The position numbers were made by a program, and so were the translations under genes. This document shows, piece after piece, positions 20,717-31,238 of a stretch of DNA of 64,000 bases (positions are counted from its first letter, which is position 1; every line of letters begins with the position of its first letter). The DNA comes from Aureliella sp. (GTDB lineage Bacteria > Planctomycetota > Planctomycetia > Pirellulales > Pirellulaceae): the NCBI GenBank assembly GCA_963691875.1, contig OY829846.1:3840001-3904000 (forward strand), written 5' to 3'. The notes under the pieces are model-generated. The model was not told the DNA's origin, searched no databases, and saw only the letters and a program-made list of their open reading frames with translations.

Positions 20717-20863
20717 AGCGTTGTTCGCAGAGCGCGAGGATGTGAATCAATGTGTGCGAGGAAGTTCCCTGAAGAACTGGTCCCAGTTTTTCAGGTAGAT
20801 CGTAGCCTTTTCACCTGAGAAACCTCATGCAGGCTGTGAAAAGACTGTGCCAACGATGTGTTC

Positions 20864-21847
20864 TCATGAATCGAAGCTCAGAAGGACTTTGCGGATTGAG
20901 GGTTGAGCAGCAAACTCAAAAGCCTCAGTCGCCTGCTCTATATGGTATTCACCATCGATCAAGTCTTCTGTGCAAAGATCTCCGGACTTCAACATTCGAA
21001 TGGCAGCTGAAAAGGGCCCACAGCGTGACCCGACAATCTGTATCTCATCAACGACGACTTTGGTTAAGTCGGTCTGACCTTGCTTCTCAAAAGTACTTTT
21101 TAACACCAATTGACCAAGCGGCCTGGTGAGACGAACTGCCTCAGCCAGCCCCTGCGCGTTTCCCGTTGCATCCACCACGATGTCAAAACTACTGTTTTCA
21201 AAATCATGAGCCCTGCCTGTCGCAATACCCCATTTCCTGGCGAGTTGCATCGACCGCACTGACCGTCCAACCACAGTGACACAACAACCGGCTCTTTCCA
21301 GAACACGAGCGATCAACATGCCCAATCGGCCAGGACCTATGACGCAAATACGATAGTTCGGATTAAGGGTGAGTTGTTGCGGAATCCTTAAAGCTGCGGC
21401 AAGGGGTTCAGTGAAAACAGCTTGCCGATCGGACACTTCATCCGGGACTTCGTACAAATTATCAATCGGTACACGAACGAAGTCCGCCATCGCTCCATCC
21501 CATTTGAGAATCCCAAGCACGCGGCGCCGAGGATGATGTTCCAACCCATAAGTTGCATACTCCGGCGACAGCCGGTTGGCAAAATTAATTGAAGCAACGA
21601 CACGTTGTCCTATCCAAGTCTGGGACTCAGGCTCCGACGACTTTACCTGCTCAACAGTACCTACAAACTCGTGCCCGAGAGTACCCTGGAAGCCGAAATA
21701 ACCCTTGGCAATCTCCAGGTCCGTAGAACAAACGCCTGCCAAGTGAACATGAACCAACGCTTCCCCTTCTTCTAGCTTTGGAATCTCCCGATCAGTGTGA
21801 ACCGCGAGTCCGTCCGATTCCAACCTGAGTGCACGCATAGGGTTCAT
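20864..21847 (-). CDS. Zinc-dependent (MDR) alcohol dehydrogenase, threonine dehydrogenase-like
   Basis: GVCSTD, LGHEFVG, FTEPLAAA, VIGPGRLG and GSRCGPF motifs. Structural-zinc cysteines are absent. Confidence 0.9.
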   Translation of the reverse strand: MNPMRALRLESDGLAVHTDREIPKLEEGEALVHVHLAGVCSTDLEIAKGYFGFQGTLGHEFVGTVEQVKSSEPESQTWIGQRVVASINFANRLSPEYATYGLEHHPRRRVLGILKWDGAMADFVRVPIDNLYEVPDEVSDRQAVFTEPLAAALRIPQQLTLNPNYRICVIGPGRLGMLIARVLERAGCCVTVVGRSVRSMQLARKWGIATGRAHDFENSSFDIVVDATGNAQGLAEAVRLTRPLGQLVLKSTFEKQGQTDLTKVVVDEIQIVGSRCGPFSAAIRMLKSGDLCTEDLIDGEYHIEQATEAFEFAAQPSIRKVLLSFDS

Positions 21848-21885
21848 CGCAAGTTCTATTTCAGAGTGTTAAGTTAGCCCAAAGA

Positions 21886-24800
21886 CTAGCGAATCCATCG
21901 CTGCAGCAGTGAATCGCGAATGGTTTCGAAAATACTCGGGCTTGCATTCCAATTGGATTGATCTGCAGAATGCGCCGAACCTTCGATCGGTATACTTAGC
22001 GGAGCTGCCTGTGCAACTCGTCCTTTATTGTCCTGCATATCTGGATGAACCCTCCGCAGGTACCGAGCCCAAGGCCCATCCAGCAACTGCTCGGCTGCAG
22101 CTGGATCACCCGCCTTTAGAGCTCGTTTCGCAACTAACAATCGACCTTGCAGAAAAGTACGCTCATTGGGATGCAACCAGCATCGGAGCACCTTAACGTC
22201 ATCAACCCACAAACGCCCTGCTCCCACTAGTTCGATGGACACATAGAGAGACTCTAGTTCATCTACTGGAATGTCACCAACATCGAGCGTGAAAGGTCGA
22301 GTCCCCCAGTCATTCGGAATCTGCTGCGAAGGGTCAACCTTGGAGCCCACCAGCATACTGCGTTCGAATCGATCCCCACTGATGGCCCGCCCAACCAGAG
22401 CAATTCGCGCCAGAGTACTTGATCTATCTGCGGGACTTCGCAGCCAAGCTTGAATGGTCAACCGACCAGTAACAGGAATGGGAATATTGGGGCTGTGCAA
22501 CCAAGTACGCGTCTTCCCCTTGTTGGAACTAGCGATCTCTAAACTCTGTCGGCCCGAATGTGGAAGGTGATTGGAAGCTCGTACCGTTACACCGGGCATT
22601 TCCGAGGAGCTCCAACCAGATGGTAGGCCAACCTTCGTCGACTGCTCAAAATCACCAGAGATATCGGTGGCGATTTCCTGCCGAGTCGGATCTGCAGAAG
22701 CGGAAAGAATCGCTTCCAACACCGAAAGTTCATCTGCGATCACAGTAGAAACATTGCCTGAACAGCTTCGTGAGGCACTTGAAACGACGAGCTTCTGGCT
22801 GAGCTGCAATCCAACAATACGATTCCCTGGGACTTGGACTTTCCAAACCGGGCTCCTCCCCGATACTTCTTTTTTCAGGGTAAGGTCCAGATCGCCTAAT
22901 ACCTCGCAGAAGAGCTCATCGCTGCCGCCTGCAAAAGTCAAACTTACCTCCTCGGTCCATGGAGTCGCGTTCACGATTTGGACATAGCTTTTCTCACCAA
23001 GGGCTGCATAACGCACCCGAACAAGTCCTGAACTGTTGGTCTGCGAGAGCGGCACATCCTGAAACTGAGCTACTGGCAAAGTACGAAGTGTTGTCAGGTT
23101 TGCTTTCAGCTCCGACAGCTCAGCGCCGACTGGCAGCCAAGCTCCCAATGCGACAAAACTAAGCTCTTGCTGAAGCGTTTGCTGAAGCAAAGCTCTATTT
23201 AAAAAAGATTGTGACTCGATGCGAATCGGGTAGACCACATCTGAAAACTCCTGCCCCGTAGCTTCACTCAGAACATCTAGTCCAGGAATGCGGTGCGCTG
23301 ATGGTGTTTGCAAGAGGACAGACGCGGAAGCAAGGCTGTGGTTCGTTTTGAAATTTAAGCCAATACGCCGAGAAATCTGACGCACCCATTCATCCGCATC
23401 GACGCTCTCAGAGACCTCTACTTCACTTTGGACAAGGATGACTTCGTCGGATTCACTCAAGCTGTCTAAATCCAAGCCGAAGGCGAGCAAGAACTCTTGT
23501 GGAATTCTGTTAATCGTCTTCGGATTCAGAAAGTCGGACTCACGCGGCGTTTGATTCCAGAGACTACCGGCGTGCAGATACAGACGCGACCTGTCGGAAG
23601 ATTCCGTCCCGGCAACCTGTCCAATTTCCTCCCCTGCAACTATCCCGCCCAACCGAGCCAGAAAGGAAGACAGTCTCTCGCCACGCCACTTCAGATACTC
23701 CTGACCATCTTTAGTTTTCAGGAACTCTCTAAATGCCGCTGACTCCTTTGGCACAGCGATGTTCGTGCTAGACTCGAACTGCCTGATAGTCCTATCGGAC
23801 GGCAACCATAGATCCCCCTTAAAGAGCAGGACCGATTTTTTAGATAGCTGAAGCTGTACACCACCAAATGCCTTAGTATCCCCATAGGAACTGACAATCT
23901 CCCGAATAATCCGCTCTATTTCCGCTTGAACGTCAGGATGCAACGGATCGTATCGGTACTCCGTCGTTCTCCGTGTTTGCGAGTCGCGAGCCAGCCGTCG
24001 CTGATGAACCCCTGTAGTTCCTTGGGCCTGTAGCTCAACTCCAGGCAGCTTGCTGTCGAGGTCGAGTGCTAGAACCAGCTTCCGGTTACTCCGTTCCATG
24101 TGTTTCAAGAGCAGCGCCACACCATCTTTGATACCCGCATTGCGACCATCGGAAAAGAATGTGCCGTTGTCGTACTGTGGAGAAGGTTGCAAACTGCGAC
24201 TCGGGAAAATAGCTCCACCATCTGCTTGAACTTTCATGACCAGCAAGTTGGCTTCCAGCAGATCTAAGTAGTGCATCATCCGAGTGCAGGCGAGATGCCA
24301 CGTGCTCCAATTCTCGAGCCAGCGACCTGTCCCCGGATCACGAATACGCTGCGTGCCAAGCCATACTCCCAAAAGTGGCTTGTCGAGATAGACTCCGGCC
24401 AGCCGCTCTGGCTCTGCTGAGACGCTTGGATTCGCGGCAACCTCTGCGATTTCGCCCGGCTCCCAACTCGAGGCATCAACAGCAATGTCGAGTACGCTGG
24501 CGAGTCGTTCTGAAGATGGATTGCTTAGCAAAAGCAAGCTTTGCTCTGAAGCCGGCCAGAATACAACCTCGGTGCTTCGCAAACCGGTTTGCTCTTCAGG
24601 CTGCAAAGCCGAATGCCGGAGCAGCTCTCGCGTGGAAGTATCAATCTTGTAGTCGCTTCCCAAAGTCGCAAACTCAGAGACCTCTCCGGCCATTCCCAAC
24701 GGCTTGATACTTGCGATCACAGCGTTGGGCCAGTCGACGGGCGTGCGAATCCGCAAGCGATGTGGTTGGCCAGGCTCCAGCTCAGTCAAAGGAATAGCTA

Positions 24801-25980
24801 GCCAGGATTCGGGGCCGAGCACCAAACACTTCTTGCTGCCCGAGTTCGGCAACTGCAATTCACGCTCCTCAAGTTCGCCGTGGGACAGTACGGCATCAAG
24901 TGTGCTCGAAAGCGGCGTGACGCGTTTGACAGTTTCAGGAATACTCTGTGCTCGGAGATAAGGTGAAATCCACGACAGAAACCCTGGGGTCGCCGCGTCG
25001 ATTGCTTGAATCCGTTGCACCTCTTTCCAGATGAGTTTGCTTGGCTGACGCTCCGCTGGGTCGATCGCTACAAACTCATAACGCCGCAACACCTGGTCGT
25101 CGGCTGGAAGAAATGACGCCAAGTACGATCGCTCTGGAACTATGCAGAGTTCGAGCTCATATACGCCCTCTAGATCTGGGACGACCAATTGGAATGGAAC
25201 ATCACCAAAACTCCCGACCTCATCCACTTCGACTACCGCCTCGTGGATTAACTCCACTGGCCGCTCTGGAAGTACCCCTTTGCGACGAATCCGAATTCGG
25301 TGCTTTCCAGGAGTCAGAGTTGTAAAGTTTCCGCGTACTGAAGCAGGCCAGATATCAAGCGTCTCGAGCACGGCGTTTCTACTGCTGGTTCGAATCTGTA
25401 GCTGATCTTCAACAGGTCTTTCCAAAGCCAGACGGTTACCCAACTCATCGATAGCTTCAATGTGCGTTTTCTTGAGCAAGTCGTTGACGGAGAACACTCC
25501 CCTGAACGGTGCCGCAGACGGATTCCTGATCTCGATGCTAACTTTCGCGTCCAAGGGACACTCTGCCTGAATCACAACACCGCCAAAAGTTGCTTTACTG
25601 TGTGGCTGGATCTTAAGCTGCCCAGTGCCAGATGGCAGAATCGTACCCGTCGCATCGGGCTGCAGACTTAGGTTCTGCACGACATCAATCTGGCCGCTAT
25701 CAAGACTGATACTCCCCCTGAACTGTCTGGCCGTTGCCCCACCCCAGGTAATCCGAAATTGACCTTCGAATTGCACCGGTGGATCGGACTCAATTGCTGC
25801 ACCTGCCGATTGTGCAAAGCAAACCGACGGCGTAAGGCAGGCCGCATCACCGAAGAGGACAACAAAGCAGAATAAGACAGGAGAAAACCAGCGCGCATCA
25901 AACCCTGGAAGCAAACCTTCCGAACTGCTCTCAACGGCAGGGATCGCGTTGCGGACTGACTTGGATATTCGTGATTCCAT
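21886..25980 (-). CDS. Large exported protein with GHL10-like TIM barrel and C-terminal CBM-like domain
   Basis: 1364 aa with a signal-like segment. GGAIFPS, YDPLHPDVQAEIERIIREIVSSYG...FGGVQL fit the GHL10-like pattern. GDFEQ...LPSGW...HSGRQSL...LWVDDVKV suggests a CBM4/9-like sandwich. Confidence 0.65.
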   Translation of the reverse strand: MESRISKSVRNAIPAVESSSEGLLPGFDARWFSPVLFCFVVLFGDAACLTPSVCFAQSAGAAIESDPPVQFEGQFRITWGGATARQFRGSISLDSGQIDVVQNLSLQPDATGTILPSGTGQLKIQPHSKATFGGVVIQAECPLDAKVSIEIRNPSAAPFRGVFSVNDLLKKTHIEAIDELGNRLALERPVEDQLQIRTSSRNAVLETLDIWPASVRGNFTTLTPGKHRIRIRRKGVLPERPVELIHEAVVEVDEVGSFGDVPFQLVVPDLEGVYELELCIVPERSYLASFLPADDQVLRRYEFVAIDPAERQPSKLIWKEVQRIQAIDAATPGFLSWISPYLRAQSIPETVKRVTPLSSTLDAVLSHGELEERELQLPNSGSKKCLVLGPESWLAIPLTELEPGQPHRLRIRTPVDWPNAVIASIKPLGMAGEVSEFATLGSDYKIDTSTRELLRHSALQPEEQTGLRSTEVVFWPASEQSLLLLSNPSSERLASVLDIAVDASSWEPGEIAEVAANPSVSAEPERLAGVYLDKPLLGVWLGTQRIRDPGTGRWLENWSTWHLACTRMMHYLDLLEANLLVMKVQADGGAIFPSRSLQPSPQYDNGTFFSDGRNAGIKDGVALLLKHMERSNRKLVLALDLDSKLPGVELQAQGTTGVHQRRLARDSQTRRTTEYRYDPLHPDVQAEIERIIREIVSSYGDTKAFGGVQLQLSKKSVLLFKGDLWLPSDRTIRQFESSTNIAVPKESAAFREFLKTKDGQEYLKWRGERLSSFLARLGGIVAGEEIGQVAGTESSDRSRLYLHAGSLWNQTPRESDFLNPKTINRIPQEFLLAFGLDLDSLSESDEVILVQSEVEVSESVDADEWVRQISRRIGLNFKTNHSLASASVLLQTPSAHRIPGLDVLSEATGQEFSDVVYPIRIESQSFLNRALLQQTLQQELSFVALGAWLPVGAELSELKANLTTLRTLPVAQFQDVPLSQTNSSGLVRVRYAALGEKSYVQIVNATPWTEEVSLTFAGGSDELFCEVLGDLDLTLKKEVSGRSPVWKVQVPGNRIVGLQLSQKLVVSSASRSCSGNVSTVIADELSVLEAILSASADPTRQEIATDISGDFEQSTKVGLPSGWSSSEMPGVTVRASNHLPHSGRQSLEIASSNKGKTRTWLHSPNIPIPVTGRLTIQAWLRSPADRSSTLARIALVGRAISGDRFERSMLVGSKVDPSQQIPNDWGTRPFTLDVGDIPVDELESLYVSIELVGAGRLWVDDVKVLRCWLHPNERTFLQGRLLVAKRALKAGDPAAAEQLLDGPWARYLRRVHPDMQDNKGRVAQAAPLSIPIEGSAHSADQSNWNASPSIFETIRDSLLQRWIR

Positions 25981-26181
25981 GAGCGTGCAAGCTGGACCGG
26001 CACAGTCGCTGATTTTGGTTCTTCGTCGATGGGAACTGCTAAATCACAAATCAGCAGACTTCCACGCTCAAGAAGTACCAAAAAATACGCTCAGGCAGTA
26101 GGCGAGATTGATCGCCAGCATTCTCAAACCCACAGCAACAAGAAAGCTAGCATTCAAGAGTATGGAGCCTCAAAAAATGAC

Positions 26182-27669
26182 TCAAAGAAGATGGCGAGCT
26201 TTCACTTCCAAATATTGATTGACCAGCGGTGTGCTCATTTCTTCAGGATAGACATCCAATGCAAGCGAGCCACCAGTCTTCATCTGGCGAATCACTTGGT
26301 TTCGCCATACCAGTAAATCCGCTGCAGCCGCACTGCGATAAAGCACTCGAGGGTCTGGCGCGGGGTTGTCGGCTGCCTGAAAAATGCGGTGATCACGCAG
26401 CAATACCAGCAATGGAAGATGACAACCAATCAGATTCCTCATGTAATTTTGGATCTGATCCCCATTCACTCGATCTATTACATTTGTAACCAAGACGACC
26501 AAGGATCGACGGCGGCAATGCTTCGAAAGATAGAGAAAAGCTTCGTCAAATCGAGACTGTTTTAACTGCGGGAATTGATCGAATCCGGCATGCAAAATCC
26601 GGTTCATTTGGCGACGTCCACCAGCTGGCGGGACGAAGGTGTGAACTTGATCTGAAAAGGACACCATGCCGACTGAATCACCTTGGTCTAGCGCTACATA
26701 GCTAAGCATCAAAACAGAATTCAAAGCATAGTCGAGTAAGCTCAGCCCATTGTACTCGTTGGTCATCATCCGCCCACAATCCAACATAAAGATGACCCGC
26801 TGACTCTGGTCCGTCTGGAATTGGCGGACCGTCAGCTTCTGCCGCCGGGCCGTGCTTCTCCAGTCAATGTGTTTGTAATTGTCATCTTGCGAATAGTCAC
26901 GCAGTCGCTCAAAGTCATTATCTTGTCCAGCTTTTCGTGTCCGCCTCACACCAATCTGCGTCAAACGATTAGTGCGAGCCAACAGTGCGTACTTGCCGAT
27001 CTGCTTGATATCTGGATAAACGTGCAAAGTACTTCTGCAACGGAACTCATGCTGGTGGCACCACAAACCAAACAAACTCGACAGTTCTGCGTACGCGTAC
27101 TCCAGCTCAAATGCGCCGCGACGGTGAGGAGTAATATTGTGCTGAACCACAATTCGCTTTGAGTCCAACAGGTCAATCTCGTGCACCGCCGGCTCGACCT
27201 TCAAACCTGCACTAGCATCCTCAGCAAGACGTAGTTTGGCCCGCACACCAACCTTGCCAACAAATAATCCCCTAAGAACCCTTTGTGCGTATCGATGCAA
27301 TAAATTCTGCTGCACGCGCGAATCAATGATTAGCTCGGCTGGATGCGAATTCCCCAAGGATGCGACTCGCGCCATCTGCCGCTTGACCTGAATTCCCTTT
27401 GTCGAAGGAATAGAAAGTAGATCAACTGTTGCAATCAGAGCCAAAACGGCGGACGTGATCGAAACAACCATCCACCACCAGTCAACCCACAGAATCACCA
27501 TCCCGTTGGCAACGACGATTGAAGTCAACACGATGCTGCGGCCACTCGGATATGTCTTCCCAAACCGCATCAGCATCAAGAGCGGAAGCAAGAACAAGAA
27601 GAACATCGTCCACGGCGTAATCCACCAGTCGGCGAGCGAGAAAGTCGATTGCGCGGCGGATTCGTTCAT
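26182..27669 (-). CDS. DUF58/VWA-like protein
   Basis: LHVYP, GQDNDFERLRDY...DNYKHIDWRSTARRQKLTVRQFQ, FMLDCGRMM and RRRSLVVLVT motifs. N-terminal TM helices. Confidence 0.92.
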   Translation of the reverse strand: MNESAAQSTFSLADWWITPWTMFFLFLLPLLMLMRFGKTYPSGRSIVLTSIVVANGMVILWVDWWWMVVSITSAVLALIATVDLLSIPSTKGIQVKRQMARVASLGNSHPAELIIDSRVQQNLLHRYAQRVLRGLFVGKVGVRAKLRLAEDASAGLKVEPAVHEIDLLDSKRIVVQHNITPHRRGAFELEYAYAELSSLFGLWCHQHEFRCRSTLHVYPDIKQIGKYALLARTNRLTQIGVRRTRKAGQDNDFERLRDYSQDDNYKHIDWRSTARRQKLTVRQFQTDQSQRVIFMLDCGRMMTNEYNGLSLLDYALNSVLMLSYVALDQGDSVGMVSFSDQVHTFVPPAGGRRQMNRILHAGFDQFPQLKQSRFDEAFLYLSKHCRRRSLVVLVTNVIDRVNGDQIQNYMRNLIGCHLPLLVLLRDHRIFQAADNPAPDPRVLYRSAAAADLLVWRNQVIRQMKTGGSLALDVYPEEMSTPLVNQYLEVKARHLL

Positions 27670-27727
27670 CTACGATTGCTTCTTCGGACAGTGATTATGA
27701 AAGCAGAAAGAGTAGCCCACGAAGGTC

Positions 27728-28684
27728 CTAAACGCCACGTGGTACTTCGATGCCCTTGAGCATCTGCTGTAACTCATCATCCACGCTCAAACCTTCTACT
27801 TCGGACTCCGCAGACATAATCACTCGATGTCGCAGAGCAGGGAGAACAATATCGACCACGTCGTCCGGTGTCGCATAATCACGCCCGCGAAACGCAGCGA
27901 GAGACCTCGCGCCCTGCATCAGCGCCAGCCCCGCTCGCGGCGATGCACCTAAATGGAAGCTCGGCCAACTACGAGTCTGACGTACAACTCGATTGATGTA
28001 TTGCACCAAATGCGGCTCAACTCGCACTGCAGCGTTATTCTGCAGAACCTGAAGAATCTCTTCTGGCGAAGTCACGACCTGAACCTCGTTTTCCAACCGT
28101 TCACTCAGATCGATCTGTTGACTATGCAGAGCGAGAATCTGCTCTTCCTCTTGCTCACCCGGATACTCTACGGCGACTTTGAACATAAACCGGTCGAGCT
28201 GAGCTTCGGGCAGATTGTACGTACCTTCGCTTTCTATCGGATTCTGAGTCGCCAACACAAAGAAGGGCTTCTCCAACTCGTGACTCGTACCATCCACTGT
28301 CACTCGGTACTCCTGCATGATCTCAAGCAACGCGGCGTGAGTCTTGGCTGGAGAACGATTAATCTCGTCGGCCAGCAACAGCTGAGTAAAGACAGGACCT
28401 GGACGAAACTTGAAGTCATGGTTTCTCAAGTCCAAGATCGGAGCACCAGTGATATCCGAAGGCATTAGGTCAGCGGTGAACTGAATCCGACCAAACTGGC
28501 ACCCGAGCACTCGACCCAAGGTCCGCACGAATAGAGTCTTTCCCATTCCTGGCAGACTCTCGATCAGAACATGACCGCCGGAGAACAATGCGGTAAGCGT
28601 GGCGAGCACAAGCTCATCTTGACCTACGAACAGCTTCTGCAGCTCGCTGGAAATGGATTCAAAAAGTTCTTTCGTCGTTCGCAT
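27728..28684 (-). CDS. moxR: MoxR-family AAA+ ATPase
   Basis: GHVLIESLPGMGKT, RIQFTADLMPSDITG, LLADEINR, ATQNPIESEGTYNLPEAQLDRF and GASPRA motifs. Confidence 0.95.
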   Translation of the reverse strand: MRTTKELFESISSELQKLFVGQDELVLATLTALFSGGHVLIESLPGMGKTLFVRTLGRVLGCQFGRIQFTADLMPSDITGAPILDLRNHDFKFRPGPVFTQLLLADEINRSPAKTHAALLEIMQEYRVTVDGTSHELEKPFFVLATQNPIESEGTYNLPEAQLDRFMFKVAVEYPGEQEEEQILALHSQQIDLSERLENEVQVVTSPEEILQVLQNNAAVRVEPHLVQYINRVVRQTRSWPSFHLGASPRAGLALMQGARSLAAFRGRDYATPDDVVDIVLPALRHRVIMSAESEVEGLSVDDELQQMLKGIEVPRGV

Positions 28685-28770
28685 CGAGTCTCTTGTTTCA
28701 GTTTTTGTTGTAGTCGTCGCTAGTTGTTGAATCTGCTGAGCGAAGTTTAGTTGGTTTTAGAATCGTTGTC

Positions 28771-30375
28771 TTAATTTGTCTTAGAGCCTGGCGAATCAGC
28801 CGAATTCGAATCTTTGCCACCCTCCAATTCCAGGTCGCCCCAGACTTCAATGTCATCACCTTCTGGCTTTTCAGGGGCCGGCCCCGCTTCTGAAGCAGAA
28901 TGGTTCCGCTGTGGTGAGGCGTCGACGGTTCCAGGCAGGAAATCGCCGCCAGGAGGAGGATTCGCTGCCAGAGCAGAACCTGTCGCGACCTGATTTCCAG
29001 TTTTTCGCTCAACTGCTGCAAGTTGCTGTTCCAACCAGGCGGGCGGATTCTCATTACGAACCTTGATAAAATACTCTCTTACAGCAAGAACGGCAAAGAC
29101 TTCGTCACCTGACTTGTGGAGCATCTGCCCCAGCGTCTCAATGTGCAAACCAAAATCGCTACGACTAGGCTTCGGTAAGTTCTGAGCTCTTCCAAGTCGG
29201 CGAAACAGGACAGAGCAAATCACGATACCTAGAGCCACCATCGGAATCGTAACTGCACTCAGCGGCCACGCAGTAAGCACTTCCAATCCGGTGATCCCCT
29301 TTTCCGTTTCCGGGATCTTCGAGATCGTCAAACCCCGATAACCGTAAGCTAGTACGGCCACACGATCAGCCGGCAAACAAGACTCTACAATCCGAGCGCC
29401 TACGTTTCGATGTAAAGGATCAACCATCGAAGCATTGAGAAAAGGAGCACCATTAGCCACCACAAGGATGCGGCTACTGCTCTGCTTCTTGGAGTTCAGA
29501 CTAAACACCAGAGGGCGTCCATCTCGAGTGGCGAGCAGAGTCTCCGGCTGGAGCAAGCCCTCAAATTCCTCGTCCCACGCTTCCTGACTGTCCAACTCTT
29601 GCAGGTTCCATTGGCTGAAAACAGTATCCGTATTCGAATTCGCTGGTAATTGACCAATGGTTGGCACAGCTTGAAATCCATTGTTGGCTGCTCCCGGTTG
29701 CAACCATGACGGCAACTTCTTCTTCCACGCCAAACTTGGTTCGCGCAGCGTGACGCCAACCGGCCATTTGCCTTCCAGCCCGCTAAGATCCTGTGCCCAA
29801 GGGCCTGTCAAATCGGAGGCCACATATTCATCACGTGCTATCGAAACGTCGTAGTAAAACCATCTGCAGAAAGTGCTTTCACCAATCTGCTGCATGCGTT
29901 GCGACAGTTCAGCTGTCTGCGCCTTGGCAACCAAGACTCTAGCCCGGCGTTGTTTTTCCATTTCCACCGCCTGCAAAGTGCGATTGCGAAAATAGACCTC
30001 TGCATTGAAGTCACGCCCGAAGTAAATCACTGTCCTATTCTTGTCGTGGGACAGCCATTCCTCCAGCCACTCTCGAGCTGCTCTGCCCGGCGGCTGAAAG
30101 GTCTGCCCAACGAGGACAATGGTGTCCACCGTTTCCAATCGAGGAGACAGCTTCGAAGGAAGCAGGCACTTCACTCCAGCGCTCTCCCACATCTTGCGAT
30201 GCACCTGCAAGCCGTTGGCGGAACGCCTCGCATCCACACCCTTAACTGCCCCGAAAGACTCCAGCTCAGGCGTCACACTGCCGCAACCGGCTAGCATCAC
30301 CAACAACACTAAAAGCACACAAGTGCACTGAACACGATGCATTCGGCGAAGGCGGGTATAGCTCTGCAAGATCAT
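28771..30375 (-). CDS. DUF4350-like lipoprotein with C-terminal TM helix
   Basis: Lipobox MLAGC, FLNASM segment, TM helix followed by RRLGRA and H.E.LG.ML. The start at 30375 overlaps the upstream stop (ATGA). Occupies the usual position in the MoxR operon. Confidence 0.7.
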   Translation of the reverse strand: MILQSYTRLRRMHRVQCTCVLLVLLVMLAGCGSVTPELESFGAVKGVDARRSANGLQVHRKMWESAGVKCLLPSKLSPRLETVDTIVLVGQTFQPPGRAAREWLEEWLSHDKNRTVIYFGRDFNAEVYFRNRTLQAVEMEKQRRARVLVAKAQTAELSQRMQQIGESTFCRWFYYDVSIARDEYVASDLTGPWAQDLSGLEGKWPVGVTLREPSLAWKKKLPSWLQPGAANNGFQAVPTIGQLPANSNTDTVFSQWNLQELDSQEAWDEEFEGLLQPETLLATRDGRPLVFSLNSKKQSSSRILVVANGAPFLNASMVDPLHRNVGARIVESCLPADRVAVLAYGYRGLTISKIPETEKGITGLEVLTAWPLSAVTIPMVALGIVICSVLFRRLGRAQNLPKPSRSDFGLHIETLGQMLHKSGDEVFAVLAVREYFIKVRNENPPAWLEQQLAAVERKTGNQVATGSALAANPPPGGDFLPGTVDASPQRNHSASEAGPAPEKPEGDDIEVWGDLELEGGKDSNSADSPGSKTN

Positions 30376-31238
30376 GCTTGTGCCAACCTCCCTGTTGCAG
30401 ATCTTGAGGGAGGGGCCTGAGGTTCGTTTCTCGCGGCCAAGTGGTGAAACTCGTCGACCAAGTCCCACGCAGTTTTGAATTGCTCCATACCAATTTCGTG
30501 CTGCCCAAAATAGGCATCTTCGAAAATGAGCATCGTTGTGGTTAAGATATCTTTCAGTCGCGTATATTTCTGCAGTTCTCGCACGTACATGCGATTTGTC
30601 TTCCCACGCTGGAGATCGATCTTCCTTGCTTGGTCCAATGCAAGAAGCTGATAACCGTACAGGTAGATAATTGCCTCTCGTAGGCGCCCAGCCCGCATCA
30701 AAGCTTCAGCCTCGTCTAGTGGATTGCCATGAGTTGGCTTACTCACTTCAAATGGCAGATCCTCCACCTTCGCCACATCCACTTCAAACTTCTTCGGAAC
30801 TACGGCTTGCTTCGGTGCTGGGATGTAATTCCGCAACGCGAAATAGGCGAGTGCTGCAAAGGCCCCGATCACCAGGACGATGATCAAGACCATGATGAAA
30901 CCCGTGATTGCATCTGCGTTAACGCCTGTCCAGCCTCCTCCTGCAGGACGAGTCGCTGGGGCCGTATTGCCTGTTGCTCGAGTTGCTTTTGGTTTGTAGG
31001 CCCAGCCTTCTGAGCGAATTTTGTTGTCTGAAACCTCGCCTGGATCTGGTATCGCAAAAGAGTCTGTAGACTTTTCATACCAAGATTGCGAACCAACCGA
31101 ACGCATTGCCTGGTTCGCATCCACCTCTTGAAGGGGACGCGCAGCTAGATAATCCGAATTCCCCCAAATCAACTGCAAGCCAACCAGCAAGCCCAAAGCG
31201 TACTTCTTCGATCGAGACTCCCAAGACACTTCCCTCAT
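30372..31238 (-). CDS. DUF4129 domain membrane protein
   Basis: TM helix, then AEALMRAGRLREAIIYLY..L..L...GKTNRMYVREL...FEDAYFG, the DUF4129 pattern. Confidence 0.85.
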   Translation of the reverse strand: MREVSWESRSKKYALGLLVGLQLIWGNSDYLAARPLQEVDANQAMRSVGSQSWYEKSTDSFAIPDPGEVSDNKIRSEGWAYKPKATRATGNTAPATRPAGGGWTGVNADAITGFIMVLIIVLVIGAFAALAYFALRNYIPAPKQAVVPKKFEVDVAKVEDLPFEVSKPTHGNPLDEAEALMRAGRLREAIIYLYGYQLLALDQARKIDLQRGKTNRMYVRELQKYTRLKDILTTTMLIFEDAYFGQHEIGMEQFKTAWDLVDEFHHLAARNEPQAPPSRSATGRLAQA

